A stretch of 64,000 bases of DNA, taken from positions 15,371,726 to 15,435,725 of the forward strand of contig NC_057749.1 of assembly GCF_004010195.1 (NCBI RefSeq), given 5' to 3'. A model generated the notes under the pieces. The model had not been told where the DNA came from, made no database searches, and worked only from the letters and a program-made list of their open reading frames with translations. The DNA comes from Chiloscyllium plagiosum. Its lineage: Eukaryota. This document shows, piece by piece, positions 39,823 through 52,551 of the stretch. Made by a program: the position numbers and the translations under genes. How positions within the stretch are numbered: position 1 is the first letter of the stretch; every line of letters begins with the position of its first letter.

Positions 39823-40087
39823 TATTTAAATGACTTGGCACCAAACTGAAGTCAACTAATGTAATAAATATGCGTCACACATTCTCATGCAAGTTAGCCC
39901 CTAAACACTTCCTTTGCCTCACCATCAGTGTATAGGGTTGGAATCTAAGGGGAACATAGAACATTACAGTGCAGTACAGGCCCTTCAGCCCTTGATGTTC
40001 TGCTGACCTGCGAAACCAATCTAAACCCCATCGAACCTACACTATTCCATTATCATCCATATGTTTATCCAATGACCATTTAAGTGG

Positions 40088-40322
40088 GTGGCATGGTGGC
40101 TCAGTGGTTAGCAATGTTGCCTCACAGCACCAAGGTCCCAGGTTCGATTCCAGCCTCAGGCAACTGTCTGTATGGAGTTTGCACAGTCTCCCCGTGTCTG
40201 CGTGAGTTCCCTCTGGGTGCTCCGGTTTCCTCCCACAGTCTAAAGATGTGCAGGTCAGGTGAATTGGCTATGCTAAATTGCCCATGCTAAATTGCCCATA
40301 GTCAGAGGGAAATGGGTCTGGG
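40088..40322 (+). mobile_element. HE1 SINE truncated by a gap (duplicate of 43039-43335)
   Basis: Identical to the 43039 copy up to the N run. Confidence 0.85.
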
Positions 40323-40798
40323 NNNNNNNNNNNNNNNNNNNNNNNNNNNNNNNNNNNNNNNNNNNNNNNNNNNNNNNNNNNNNNNNNNNNNNNNNNNNNN
40401 NNNNNNNNNNNNNNNNNNNNNNNNNNNNNNNNNNNNNNNNNNNNNNNNNNNNNNNNNNNNNNNNNNNNNNNNNNNNNNNNNNNNNNNNNNNNNNNNNNNN
40501 NNNNNNNNNNNNNNNNNNNNNNNNNNNNNNNNNNNNNNNNNNNNNNNNNNNNNNNNNNNNNNNNNNNNNNNNNNNNNNNNNNNNNNNNNNNNNNNNNNNN
40601 NNNNNNNNNNNNNNNNNNNNNNNNNNNNNNNNNNNNNNNNNNNNNNNNNNNNNNNNNNNNNNNNNNNNNNNNNNNNNNNNNNNNNNNNNNNNNNNNNNNN
40701 NNNNNNNNNNNNNNNNNNNNNNNNNNNNNNNNNNNNNNNNNNNNNNNNNNNNNNNNNNNNNNNNNNNNNNNNNNNNNNNNNNNNNNNNNNNNNNNNNN
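40323..40798. other. Assembly gap (N run)
   Basis: Run of N. Confidence 1.
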
Positions 40799-41044
40799 TG
40801 AACAATACCCCAAGAAGCCCCCTGAACAATACCCCAAGAAGCCTCCTGAACAATACCCCAAGTTACCCCCTGAACAATACCCCAAGAAGCCTCCTGAACA
40901 ATACCCCAAGAAGTCCCCATAATAATACCCCACGAAGCCCCTGAATAATACAAGAAGCTCCCTGAACAATACCCCAAGCTGTCCCCTTAATAATACCCCA
41001 AGAAGCTCTTGAACAATACCCCAAGAAGCCCCCTGAAGCCCCCA
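40799..41044. repeat. 24-bp minisatellite, at least 10 copies, running into the gap
   Basis: Direct reading. Confidence 0.9.
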
Positions 41045-42902
41045 AAATTCCTTCATCATTCTATTACATCATCAATCTCTCCCTCCTTTATGGCAGAGAC
41101 AGAAGACAAAAACTTTGTTTTCAGTCACCCTGATGTTTTTACTGGAGAGGAGAAGGTCTCCAACTGAGAAAACACAACCGATGGCTTAGGGGAAACGACT
41201 TTAAATTCCTGTCTACTCGACATCGCTCATGAACTGTCCATCAGAATGCCAGACAGCATGGAATAGGTTAAGAAAGAAAATACTTCAGTTATCATGCACA
41301 CGACAGTTTTATTGCACAGATCACCAAACAAGTTCACTATCACTGACTTTCTGTTTTATCTACTTTCCCTTATTTCTTTGGCAGGCTCCATTTCCACTAC
41401 CACATGGTAAAAGAATTTGCCATAAACCCGTGCTTTGAGATGAGGGTGGAACTTGCTAAACAAATGCGAACATTGTCACGTCATTGTGCACAAACTGTGC
41501 TTGACCTGCTGGCAATCTTTTTAAGGACAGATGATAGCTCAGTTTTTTCTCTTTGGAAAAGTAATAGGAGTACACCAAATTTCTGCCAGCCTTTGGGCTG
41601 TTAACGCAATCTCTGGTCTGTGGCAGATCTCACTGAAGCAGCACAGAGGGAAGGAATGTTTGAAGGTCGATGGAAACTGTTAAACAAAGTGCCAATTCCC
41701 CGATTCTCAAAGTCAAAAGGACTCCCCAGTGTAAAAGGAGGGAAACACTTGCACTCATATAGAACCTTTCAGAACCTCAGATCATCTCTCAGTGCTTTCC
41801 AGCCAATATAGTGTTGTCACTTTTGAGGTTTAGTGAGCGGTGTATGAAAGGCTTTGAGAAGGCTCAGGTGCAACACAGTGGCAATGTCACTAGAGTAGCA
41901 ATTCAGAATATCAGGCCATTATTCAGAGGATGGGGTTCAAATCCCACTGTAGCAGATGGTGAAATATGAGTTAGATAAAATATGGAATAAAGAGACGGTG
42001 ATCATATAAAGACTCTAGATTTGTAAAATCCCATCTGGATCACTAATATCCTTTAGGGAAGGAAATCTGACTCCAGACCCCCAGCAATGTGGCTGACTCT
42101 TAACTGTCCTCTGGCCAATTAGGGACTGGCAATATGTACTGGCCTAGCCAGCAACACCCAGATCCAGGAACAAATGACTAAAAAGTAGTATTCTTTACAT
42201 GTGCATTCTCTGTAATTTATATTTTCAGAATCAGTTCATCTAACAGTCCTGTGGCAATATAAAGGTTGAATAGTGCTGCAAAAAAGGCATGATGTTGAAG
42301 ATTTTCAATGTGCACTCATCAGAGCAAAATTGCAAGAATACTAAATTTCAGAAGGAAACAACAATTTAGACTGCATGAGAAATGAGTGCTGATCAGTTGG
42401 TAGGGGAGTCTGATTGGTACAGGTATCACAGATAATGCATCAGTCCAGATAATTGCAAAATGTAACGTTTTGAAAGGATACCTCTCTCTCTCTCTTCAGC
42501 AAGACTCTAGTTTAGTTAACTAGTGAAATTCTTCAATTTTTGTATCTCCTGAACAGATACACTGTTCACTGGCATCACCTCTGCAAGTGAAAGTATCTAC
42601 AGAACAACTTTGATTATCCAAACGAGACGGGCGGGGAGTCATTTGTTTGGATAACTGATTGTTTAGATAACTGATTATTTGGCTAATGGATAATGTTTTT
42701 ACGGGACCTTAAGATCTTGTTCAGATAATCCGAAATTTGGATAACTGACATTCGGATAACCGTGGTTGTTCTGTATTTAAATGACTTGGCACCAAACTGA
42801 AGTCAACTAATGTAATAAATATGCGTCACACATTCTCATGCAAGTTAGCCCCTAAACACTTCCTTTGCCTCACCATCAGTGTATAGGGTTGGAATCTAAG
42901 GG

Positions 42903-44345
42903 GAACATAGAACATTACAGTGCAGTACAGGCCCTTCAGCCCTTGATGTTCTGCTGACCTGCGAAACCAATCTAAACCCCATCGAACCTACACTATTCCA
43001 TTATCATCCATATGTTTATCCAATGACCATTTAAGTGGGTGGCATGGTGGCTCAGTGGTTAGCAATGTTGCCTCACAGCACCAAGGTCCCAGGTTCGATT
43101 CCAGCCTCAGGCAACTGTCTGTATGGAGTTTGCACAGTCTCCCCGTGTCTGCGTGAGTTCCCTCTGGGTGCTCCGGTTTCCTCCCACAGTCTAAAGATGT
43201 GCAGGTCAGGTGAATTGGCTATGCTAAATTGCCCATGCTAAATTGCCCATAGTCAGAGGGAAATGGGTCTGGGTGGGTTACTCTTCGGAGGGTCAGTGTT
43301 TCCACTCTGTAGGGAATCTAATCTAATCTAAAAAAGTGCCCTTATTGTTGGCGCGTCCACTACTGTTGCAGACAGGGTATTCCACGGCCTTACTACTCTC
43401 TGAGTAAGGAACCTACCTCTGACATCTGTTCCATATCTATCACTCCTCAAATTAAAGTTATGTCCTCTCATGCTAGCCATCACCATCCAAGGAAAAAGGC
43501 TCTTGCTGTCCACCCTATCTAATCCCCTGATCATCTTGTATGCCTCTATTAAGTCACTTCTTAACCTTCTTCTCTCTAACGAAAACAGCCTCAAGCTCCT
43601 CAGCCTTTTCTCATAAGACCTTCATTCCATTCCAGGCAACATCCGAGTAAATCTTCTCTGAACCCTTTCCAAAGCTTCCACGTCCTTCCTATAATGTGGC
43701 GACCAGAAATGTACACAATACTCCAAGTGTGGCCGCACCTGAGCTATATACAGCTGCAATATGACCTCATGACTCCGAAACTCAATCCCTCCACCAATAA
43801 AAACTAACATGTCGTACACCTTCTTAACAACCCTATTAACCTGGGTGGCAACTTTCAGGGATCTATGCACATGGACATAGAGATGTCTCTGCTCATCCAA
43901 CACTACCAAGAATCTTACCATTAGCCCAGTACTCTTTTTTCCTGTTATTCCTTCCAAAGTGAATCACCTCGCACTTTTCCGCTTTAAACTCCATTTGTCA
44001 CCTCTCAGCCCAACTCTGCAGCTTATCTATGTCCCTCTGTAAACTGCAACATCCTTCCACACTGTCCACAACTGCACCAACTTTAGTGTCATCCACAAAT
44101 TTACAAACAGCCCTCATCCAAGTCATTTATAAAAATGACAAACAGCAGTGACCCCAAACCAGATCCTTGTGTTACACCACTAGTAACTGAACTCCAGGAT
44201 GAACATTTCCCATCAACCACCACCCTCTGTCTTCTTTCAGTTCGCCAATTTCGATCCAAACCACTAAGTCACCCTCAATCCCATGCCCCTGTATTTTCTG
44301 CAATAACCTATCATGGGGTACTTTATCAAAAGCTTTACTGAACTT
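42903..44345 (-). mobile_element. CR1 LINE 3' portion interrupted by an HE1 SINE (43039-43335, +)
   Basis: [35 protein letters not shown]; the SINE is flanked by a short aagtg duplication. Confidence 0.88.
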
Positions 44346-46257
44346 CAGCCACTATGGAAGATTGGAAGCATTCAAGGTATTGTTGGTGAAACCTTAGAGG
44401 CAAATACACATCACCATTTACCACTAGTATTCTAACATTACACTAAATGTAATTTCCACATGTATAAATGTTTGTAGCCCTGGTTACCAGGAAACCAACA
44501 TGACATGCATTGATTTGTAATACAAGGATAGGTGGCCAGCCTGCAGGAATTAGACACAGCTCCCTCTCACTGCTAGCTATGAGAAAATAAACCTTTTTGC
44601 ATCATATGAAATCTGAAAGAGAGAAATTCTGGTTTAAAGAACTGGAGCACCGTTTCAAGATTAATCTCGAGAACAGAACATAAGGGTTAAGTTTAAACTG
44701 ACAAAAGGCACATTTACTGATGTCAGGACGATTACCAGGATATAAAGAATGGTCAACAATCACAACAACTTCAGATCAGTGAAGATTTCAAGCAGTAATT
44801 CGAAGCATATGCTATTTTATGAGAAAGAGAATGCAATGGTCAAAGGACTCTTTTCAGGACTGCTTTCTTACGGTAATTAATTGAAGGCAACTGCGTTTTG
44901 ATTTAGGGTATTATCCAGACTGGAAAGTTTGAGTTATAAGGAGAGGCTGGGTAGGACAGGACGGTTTTTCCCCTACAGTGTAGGAGGCTGAGAGGTGACA
45001 TTATAGAGGTTTATAAAATCATGAGGGGCTTGGATAAGGTGAACACTGAGAAATGGTTGGCGGCGGTTCAACCCGAGGGTTACCAAGCCTTAGATGAGGG
45101 AATAAGATTGGTAACCTCAGCTGGTGAGGGAAGTGAGCCCACCTTATCCCTTACCTGAAAGCAAAGGTGTAACAAAGGGACGGGGCTATCCCAGCAAGAC
45201 GTAGGCTGGTGATAGATGCCCCCCATTTCAAATGGGGGCAGGGCAGGGGGAGGGGAGACCAAGATAGAGACATCATTGAGTTTGCCAACATTGTAAGGGC
45301 CACAGCAGAATTGTGATTCTCAAACCAGACTCCACGAAATCTCTCTCTCTCTCTCCAAAACTAAAGAGGGTTCTCCACAACCTGTGACCAATCAAGGCTG
45401 GATTTCCCCCTCAGGCTGACAGCCATAGGTAAGTGCAATCAGTACATCAGTAGGATGCGCCATGCGACATTGAGTCTCAGGAAGACCCAGCCACAGATCA
45501 GCATAGCAAGAGGAAAACTCAAACACACAACAGAAACAGAAGAAGACATTGATGGAGAACGTGTTAGAGAAGCAAATGTGTCACTAAAGCAAGTACTAAA
45601 TCCAAAATGTAACAGTATATGACAAGTTGATACTTTCTTTTCCTGTCCTGATGAGTTAATCCATGAGTTGGCGATTCTATGAATACTACATAGCACCTGG
45701 GATTGTGCCTAAATAGCCAACTGTCGTGTGCTGACATAGATAGCGAACACTGACAGAGGCAATCAACTACAGGAGGCATCACAGATGCACTGTGCCCTTG
45801 AGCAGCTGTGCACTCTTCAACAAGAATCACTGAATAATGACTTGGTCTTAAGAAGCCTGGCTAGACAGTTCTTCCTCTTAGTATCCTCCGATGTTGAGTT
45901 CAAATTGCAGTATCCAGCCCCACCACGTACAATCAGGTAACTCAGCAGAGACCAGGGATCAAATGGGCTCCTCAGCAGAGTTGCACACAGAGTCTACTGG
46001 AAATGACTAAGACAGTAGTTGTAAGAGGCTCACATGTGAAACTTGGCTTCTTGTATTGGCACCAGCAAAAGTGCTCACTTCTTGGTACAGAATCATCACA
46101 CTGTATAGAAGGAGGTCATTTGGTCCATTCTGCCTGTTTGTAAAGAGCAGTCTAATATTATAATCTGGTAAGGTCTGGCAAGGTTGCCTGGAACCAAATG
46201 GAACTGTGGATGAGATGGTGATTATGTGTTAATTAAGGGATAAATGGGTGAGGACTT

Positions 46258-46722
46258 AAGGGTTCAGAAAAGATTTACAAGGATGTTGCCAGAGTTGGAG
46301 GGTTTGAGCTATAGGGAGAGGCTGAATAGGCTGGGGCTGTTTTCCCTGCAGTGTCGGAGGCTGAGGGGTGACCTTAAAGAAGTTTATAAAATCATGAGGG
46401 GTATGGATAGGGTGAATAGTGAAGGTCTTTTCCCCAGGATAGGGGAGTCCAAACCTAGAGGGCATAGGTTTAAGGTATGTGGGGAAAGAGTTAACAAGGG
46501 GCTACTTTTTCATGCAGAGGAATGAACTGCCAGAGAAAGTGGTGGAGGCTGGTACAATTACAGCATTTAAAAGGCATCTGGATGGGCAAATGAATAGGAA
46601 GAGTTTAGAGAGGGATTGGGCCAAATGCTGGCAAATGGGTCTAGGTCAGTATAAGATATCTGGTCAGCATGGATGAGTTGGACCAAAAAGTCTGTTTCCA
46701 TGCTGTACATCTCTATGACTTG
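46258..46722 (+). mobile_element. CR1/HER1 LINE 3' end
   Basis: RVQKRFTRMLPELEGLSYRERLNRLGLFSL...; tail. Confidence 0.9.
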
Positions 46723-47699
46723 ACTGGATGAACCTACAGGGGGAACACGTATCACTGGTGTTAAGAGTTCTGCAATGTGCAAGATGAAGTAAAATTCTTG
46801 ACTAGGAAAGTACATTCCCAGACTCTTTGGAGGCCAGTATTAAACTCTGGTGTTAATTTGCTCCAATCCCTCCTGACTCATGCCCCAAATGCAAATATTT
46901 CAAGTACTTTTCCAATTTCCCTTTGAAAGCTACCATTTGATCTGCTTCCAACAACATCTGAGGCAGAACATTACAGATCACAACAAAAACACACTCTGCA
47001 AACAAAAAGTTTCTCCTCATCTGCCCTCTGTTTTTTTAACCAGTTATTTTAAATCTGGGTTCTTCAGTTACTGATTATACTCAGTCCCTCTCTATCTATT
47101 CCAACTCTACTCGAGTATCCAAACTCTTCCATATTTTGAGCAATTTTCTTAAATGTTAATCTTCTCCTGACAATGTTTTAAAATGAGGTCATATTCTCAA
47201 AGTGTACAACTTGATGCATTTTAGAATTGAACTGTGACCCTTGTTCCCCCTCTGTTGGTTAATTTAAAAATAACTTTTATTTTTGTAACACTGAGAGTCT
47301 CTCTGCTGTTCAGAAAGCAGGACTAAAATTAAAGTGAGGTTACTGGCATGCAGATAAACACTTCAGAGCAATCAATTTGGACCTGAGTGTACACCAATCT
47401 ATCACTGTGTCTTATGTTTATGGTGCTATCTGTTACTGTATTGAATATCCCAACACCTATTCCAAAGGTCACTTACTGTTTGGTCACTCTTGAACCCAAC
47501 AAAACAAAGTTGCTGAATCAGGAACTATAGTTTATTTGTAAAGGCTGCAGAGAAGATTAGAAAACAGTATTTAACAAAATATTTCTAAAGAAGCAGTCCT
47601 TTAAGTCCCACCCAACTCCTCCCTATCCCTCCCTAAGGTGTTGGTTTCAGTTAGTTCATTGTTTAAAAACGAGCAACAGCTCAAGGCTCCTGTGAGCCC

Positions 47700-47828
47700 T
47701 TCCTGATGAAGGGCTTATGTCCGAAACGTCGATTCTCCTGCTCCTTGGATGCTGCCTGACCTGCTGTGCTTTTCCAGCACTGCACTTCTGACTCTGATCT
47801 GCAGCATCTGCAGTCCTCACTTTCTCCG
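47700..47828 (+). mobile_element. Family A Penelope terminal fragment with intact hammerhead core (47703-47730)
   Basis: CUGAUGA-a-GGGC uuau GUCC-GAAA-CGUC. Confidence 0.8.
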
Positions 47829-48448
47829 GTGAGGGGACGACTGGATTGGGCAGCAGGCTATTTGACTTTGGAAGACATTGCAGCTGAGAAGAGGCAAGCA
47901 TGGAATCGACAATTTGGCTGACACCACAGTTATGAGACACTAAAGTTTGCCTGAATATCCTGGATTCCTGCTCCAATCTAAACAATTGTGAGTACCGGCT
48001 ATGATATTCGACTCGTACACCATAAAAACACACGATCAAAGCTCTCTGTGGGCAATATGAATTCAGCTAAAAAAAAATTAAAAATATACAAATGAAAATC
48101 CATCTGAGTGTTGTAAAAAAAAACACAAGTAAATCACTCATGAAGGAAACCTGCCATTCTTACTGGGTCCAGACTACACTTGACTCCATGCTATATATTA
48201 ACCAGGTAAGTTATACAATCGTGCCCATGTCCCAGGAATTTCTTTCCTCTTTCATGGGATGTAGGAATCCCTGGCAAGACTGGTATTTGTTGTTCATCCC
48301 TAAATGACCTGTATGTCTTCCTCGGCCATTTCAGAGTTATATGTACGACAGATAGGATAAGAACAACACATTTCCCTTTCTCTCGGCACCCTTGTTAACC
48401 AGATGGATTTTTATAAGAATTGATGATAGTTTCAAGGTCACCATTGTT

Positions 48449-48583
48449 AGGAATTCCTGATGAAGAGCTTCTGCTCGAAACGTCGACTCTCCTGCTCCTT
48501 GATGGCTGCCTGATGGGCTGCGCTTTTCCAGCCCCACACATTTTGATTCTGATCTCCACCCATCTGCAGTCTTCACTTTCTCC
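48449..48583 (+). mobile_element. Family A Penelope terminal fragment with intact hammerhead core (48457-48484)
   Basis: CUGAUGA-a-GAGC uucu GCUC-GAAA-CGUC; compensatory stem II change relative to other copies. Confidence 0.8.
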
Positions 48584-49130
48584 CCACTGAAACAGTAGTC
48601 CAGTGACAATACTGAATACATAAAGTAAAGGTTCACCAAGACCAGGAGAAGCACTCCCACTGCTATCACAACTGATTCAGTTCAGCCTGCAGCACAGAGA
48701 GGTGAGCATTATTTGAAGCTATGATCTGTACAACATTGTACTCCAGTAATGTCATTACGATACTTAATTTTAAAATATGCAATGGTGGAGTCTGGTCTTC
48801 GTTTGTGGGAGCTTGCTGTGCACAGATTGGCGGCTGCATCTCCCACATTACAGCTATGATGACATTTCAAGATTATTTTATTGCCTTTAAAGTGCTTTGG
48901 GAAATCCCGTGGTCATGAAAGGCCCTGTATAAATGCAAGCCTTTTTCATATTCTAAAGCTCATTAGCAGGGCTCCTTCATGCTCTAACGTCCTTCCATTG
49001 TGAGTTGTGCATCAGAATCCTTTCGGAGTGTGGCTAGCCTTTGAAACGGCTATTTGAATGCATTTGATTTTGCAAAAATATACATATTAAGACACATGCA
49101 CAAATGGAATTTCCAAATCTTAGCGCTTAC

Positions 49131-49256
49131 CTTCCCAAGGTCAAAGTAATTTCAGCATTTATTCGTCTAATCTCTTCCAGTGGCACTTCCTCGGCCTGTC
49201 GAAGCTCGTCTACAACCTTCTCCGACTTGAGCAGGTTTTGCTCTGCCTCTTTCAGA
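49131..49256 (-). CDS. TTC23L: Coding exon (N-LKEAEQNLLKSEKVVDELRQ...EITLTLG-R)
   Basis: AC acceptor after the U12 branch site; donor AG|gtaagc; 126 nt, phase 2 to 2. Confidence 0.9.
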
Positions 49257-49522
49257 GTGAGCAAAGTTAAGGGAAAGCAGACTATGTGTAGAGGACATTC
49301 TCTGTTGAAGAAAACAAGAAAAAAGGGCATAGGTAGGCCCGAGTGTCTTTCAAGCTTGCCCTGCCATTCTGTAAGACCTTAGCCAATCTTTTAGATCCTT
49401 TCTCCACCTCTGTAGCCCTTTGGCACCTGAGGATGTGCTCCTAACTATTTCATTCTTTCACAGGGCTTGACATCACTGACTGGGTTAGTGTTTATTTCCT
49501 GTTCCAAATTGCCCTTAAGAAG

Positions 49523-49814
49523 TTAAAAATCACACAACACCAGGTTCTAGCCAAACAGTGTTATTTGGAAGAACTAGCTTTCGGAGTGCTGCTCCTTCAT
49601 CAGGTGGTTGTGGAGAATAAGATTGTAAGACACAGAATTTATAGCAAACTTTGCTATAAATTCTGTGTCTTACAATTGTGTACTCCACAACCACCTGATG
49701 AAGGAGCAGTGCTCCGAAAGCTAGTGCTTCCAAATAAACCTGTTGGACTATAACCTGATGTTGTGTGATTTTTAACTTTGTACACCCCGCTCCAACACCA
49801 GTGTCTCCAAATCA
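49523..49814. mobile_element. Family B fold-back Penelope cassette with two opposed hammerhead cores and a 13-bp TSD
   Basis: Inverted arms 49521-49648 / 49650-49777; TSD tgcccttaagaag at 49510-49522 / 49815-49827. Confidence 0.88.
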
Positions 49815-49959
49815 TGCCCTTAAGAAGGTGGGTGAATCGGATTGCTAACTAATTTAAATTGCCTTTTTTTATTCATTTGTAGAACGTAGGCACCACTGGC
49901 TGGCCTGTATTTACAGGCCGACCCCTAGCTGCCCTTGAGCAGGTGGTGGTGATAGTAAT

Positions 49960-50594
49960 TGTAACAAGGTCAGCCAGGTGGACTTTACAAAATATAAGTT
50001 TTCTGTTTGGGGCTGTTAACCTAATCCAATCAGTGAGCCCTGACTGACAGATATAAACTGGAGTGAAAATATGCACTACCGCAGTTAGGCGGTAGTGTGG
50101 GGGTAAAAAAAATATAAAAATAAACAAAAAATAAATAAACTGCAGTGAACAAAAAAATATAAACAGGAGTGTCAGAGGTTCTGTGCAAAAAAAACAGGAA
50201 TGTCTCTCTATTTTGTGAAAAAACATAAAATAAACAGGAGCGTCCTCTCCTTCACCTTTTGATCACGCAGCATTGCCCTCTCTTGAGAAGGGCGCTGCTT
50301 GTAACTGTCCACTCAAGTGTTTCCTTTCTTCCTTGTGGTGGAATATAAATAAAGATTTACGCACTTGTTCTTCACTGTGTTCGACACCTGCACACACACA
50401 TGGGTGTTGGGGAAAAATAACCACTACTGCTGTTAGGCAGTAGTGTGGGGGAAAGTTTTTAAAAAAACAGGTGTCAGAGGTTCTGCTCACTCTGAGAGCT
50501 GGCTCTGAGGGAGCTGGATCAGTGTCAAGGACTCTCCATGTGTAAATAAAGGGTGATTTGGTGACTGAATACCGGCCTCTGGGGAGTCATTTCA
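49960..50594. mobile_element. LTR-like element (TGTAACA...ATTTCA) containing secondary A-tailed insertions
   Basis: TG..CA ends with CCAAT, TATAAA and AATAAA motifs; internal duplicated segments at 50053-50485. Confidence 0.5.
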
Positions 50595-51346
50595 GTGGTG
50601 AGCTGCCTTCTTGAACTGCTATAGATAGAGCCACAATGCTATTAAGGAGGGAGTTCCAGGATGTTGACCCAATGACATGCAGGAGTAGCCATATAGTTCC
50701 AAGTCAGGATGGTGTGTTGCTGAGAGGGGGACTTGCAGGAGGTGGTGTTCCAATGTATCTGCTGCCCTTGTCCTTCTAGTTGGCCTTGTTGAGTTGCTAC
50801 AGTGCATCTTGTAGATACTGTGCATCACAGGTGAAGGAAGTGAATGTGGTGCGTATCATGCAGGCTGCTTTGTCCTGGATGCTGTTAAGCTTTATGAATG
50901 TTTTTAGAGCTTCACTCATCCAAGAAAGTAGAAAGTAATTGATCACACTCCTGACTTATACCTTGTAGATAATGGAATTGCTTTGGGAAGTCAAGAGGTG
51001 AGTTATTTGTTGCAGTAACACACTTTATTGCTAGTTTGATGTTACTGCTGTGTATTGCTAACAGACATTAGGATTTGAAGATGGTCCCCTTCAGGTGAAA
51101 GTGCAAATAACTGGCTGATGAGGGGCTTAAACAAATAAATTTGACCTTTTTTAAAAAAGTGATAATGTCTGTTTTCCTTTCTTGTGAAAATTAACTAACA
51201 AAATGACAGGCGTGTGTGGACTCAGAATGTGTGAATCCAATGAAATTCCACATCATTGATTTTTTAAGAGCAGAGTTTCACCAGTTTAAATTCACTGAAG
51301 TATAATCTGCAGTTCAGTTGCTGGAACAATTGTCTACATTAAGCAC

Positions 51347-51543
51347 GAGGAGAAAGTGAGGTCTGCAGATGCTGGAGATCAAAGTTGAAACTTTATTGCT
51401 GGAACAGCACAGCAGGTCAGGCAGCATCCAGGGAACAGGAGATTCGACGTTTCGGGCACAAGGGCCTGTGCCCGAAACGTCGAATCTCCTGTTCCCTGGA
51501 TGCTGCCTGACCTGCTGTGCTGTTCCAGCAATAAAGTTTCAAC
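51347..51543. mobile_element. Family A fold-back cassette: perfect 78-bp inverted repeat and 14-bp TSD
   Basis: Arms 51383-51460 / 51467-51544; TSD tctacattaagcac at 51333-51346 / 51544-51557. Confidence 0.9.
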
Positions 51544-52551
51544 TCTACATTAAGCACATCTGACACCTCAAAGTCTGTCGGCCATGTACGAAGGAGACGT
51601 GGGAAGTGTGATAGAATACTCCCCCAGTTGCTTGGATGAGTGCAGCTCCAAAAACACTCAAGAAGCTTGACACCAACCAGTCTGCTTGATTGGCACCTTA
51701 GTTGATCAAACAGTTGCCCCTACAACTTTCTAGGTTCACGTCTCACTACAGAAACTTCAGCACAAGCTCTAGACTTGTGGCCTCGCTGCGGGAGTGAGGG
51801 GATGCTGCACTATCGGAACAGCTGTCTTTCAGACAAGATCTTGAACTAAGGCTTTATTTGTCATCAGGTGAATGTTAGAGATTGCATCTTACTTCTCTTG
51901 ACTATTCTCTCAGCATCCTAACTAATTGTCACCTGTGGCCAAATCACTGAAATAGATGTTCTCTTCTCATAGTTTATGGAACCTTACTGTGTACATGGAT
52001 TCTCTATTTCTCTACATTACAGCAATGACTAGACATAAAACTGTTTAATGTAAAAACAAAGAAAATAGGAGGAAGGATAGGCCATCTGATCTATTTGGCC
52101 CGTTCCACCATTCAATAAAATCATGGCAGATCCTCGAGCAATGTGATACTCCTGCTCTCTATTCCTTGATGTCTTATTCAACCCATAAAGTATTTTGGGA
52201 TGCTCTGAGGTTGCAAAAGGCACTATAGAACACTATTTTTAAAGTTTTCTTCCTGCTCGGTGAAGGAGAATTGAGAAAAGGAGTAGAGGTTACATTTCCA
52301 GTTGTTTCAATAGAACTGCGAAGGATCTGTTTCCATGCTGTACATCTCTATGACTCTATGCTAAATGGTCAACAGTGGACAAAATGCAAGGCACCGATTG
52401 TGAATGCATAAGGGGCAGAATGGCCTACTCCTACCCCTAATTTCTATGTTTCTATAACGTAGCAGCAACTACATGTCTGTAGACCGGAGTTTATTCTCTC
52501 AAAAAGTGGTCGTAAGTCTTGTAAAGTGCAATCAGTACAATAAAAGGATAT

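Larger units (their letters stand above)
49257..52551 (-). other. U12-type (minor spliceosome) AT-AC intron
   Basis: 5' end |ATATCCTTTT; branch site TTTCCCTTAAC at 49276-49266; 3' end TTTGCTCAC|. Joining gives in-frame CAG AA|T CTG AAA GAG (Q N L K E). Confidence 0.92.

Noticed and set aside
37971..41044. Regular 24-bp repeats as a CRISPR-like array
   Set aside because: Head-to-tail units with no unique spacers; eukaryotic VNTR.
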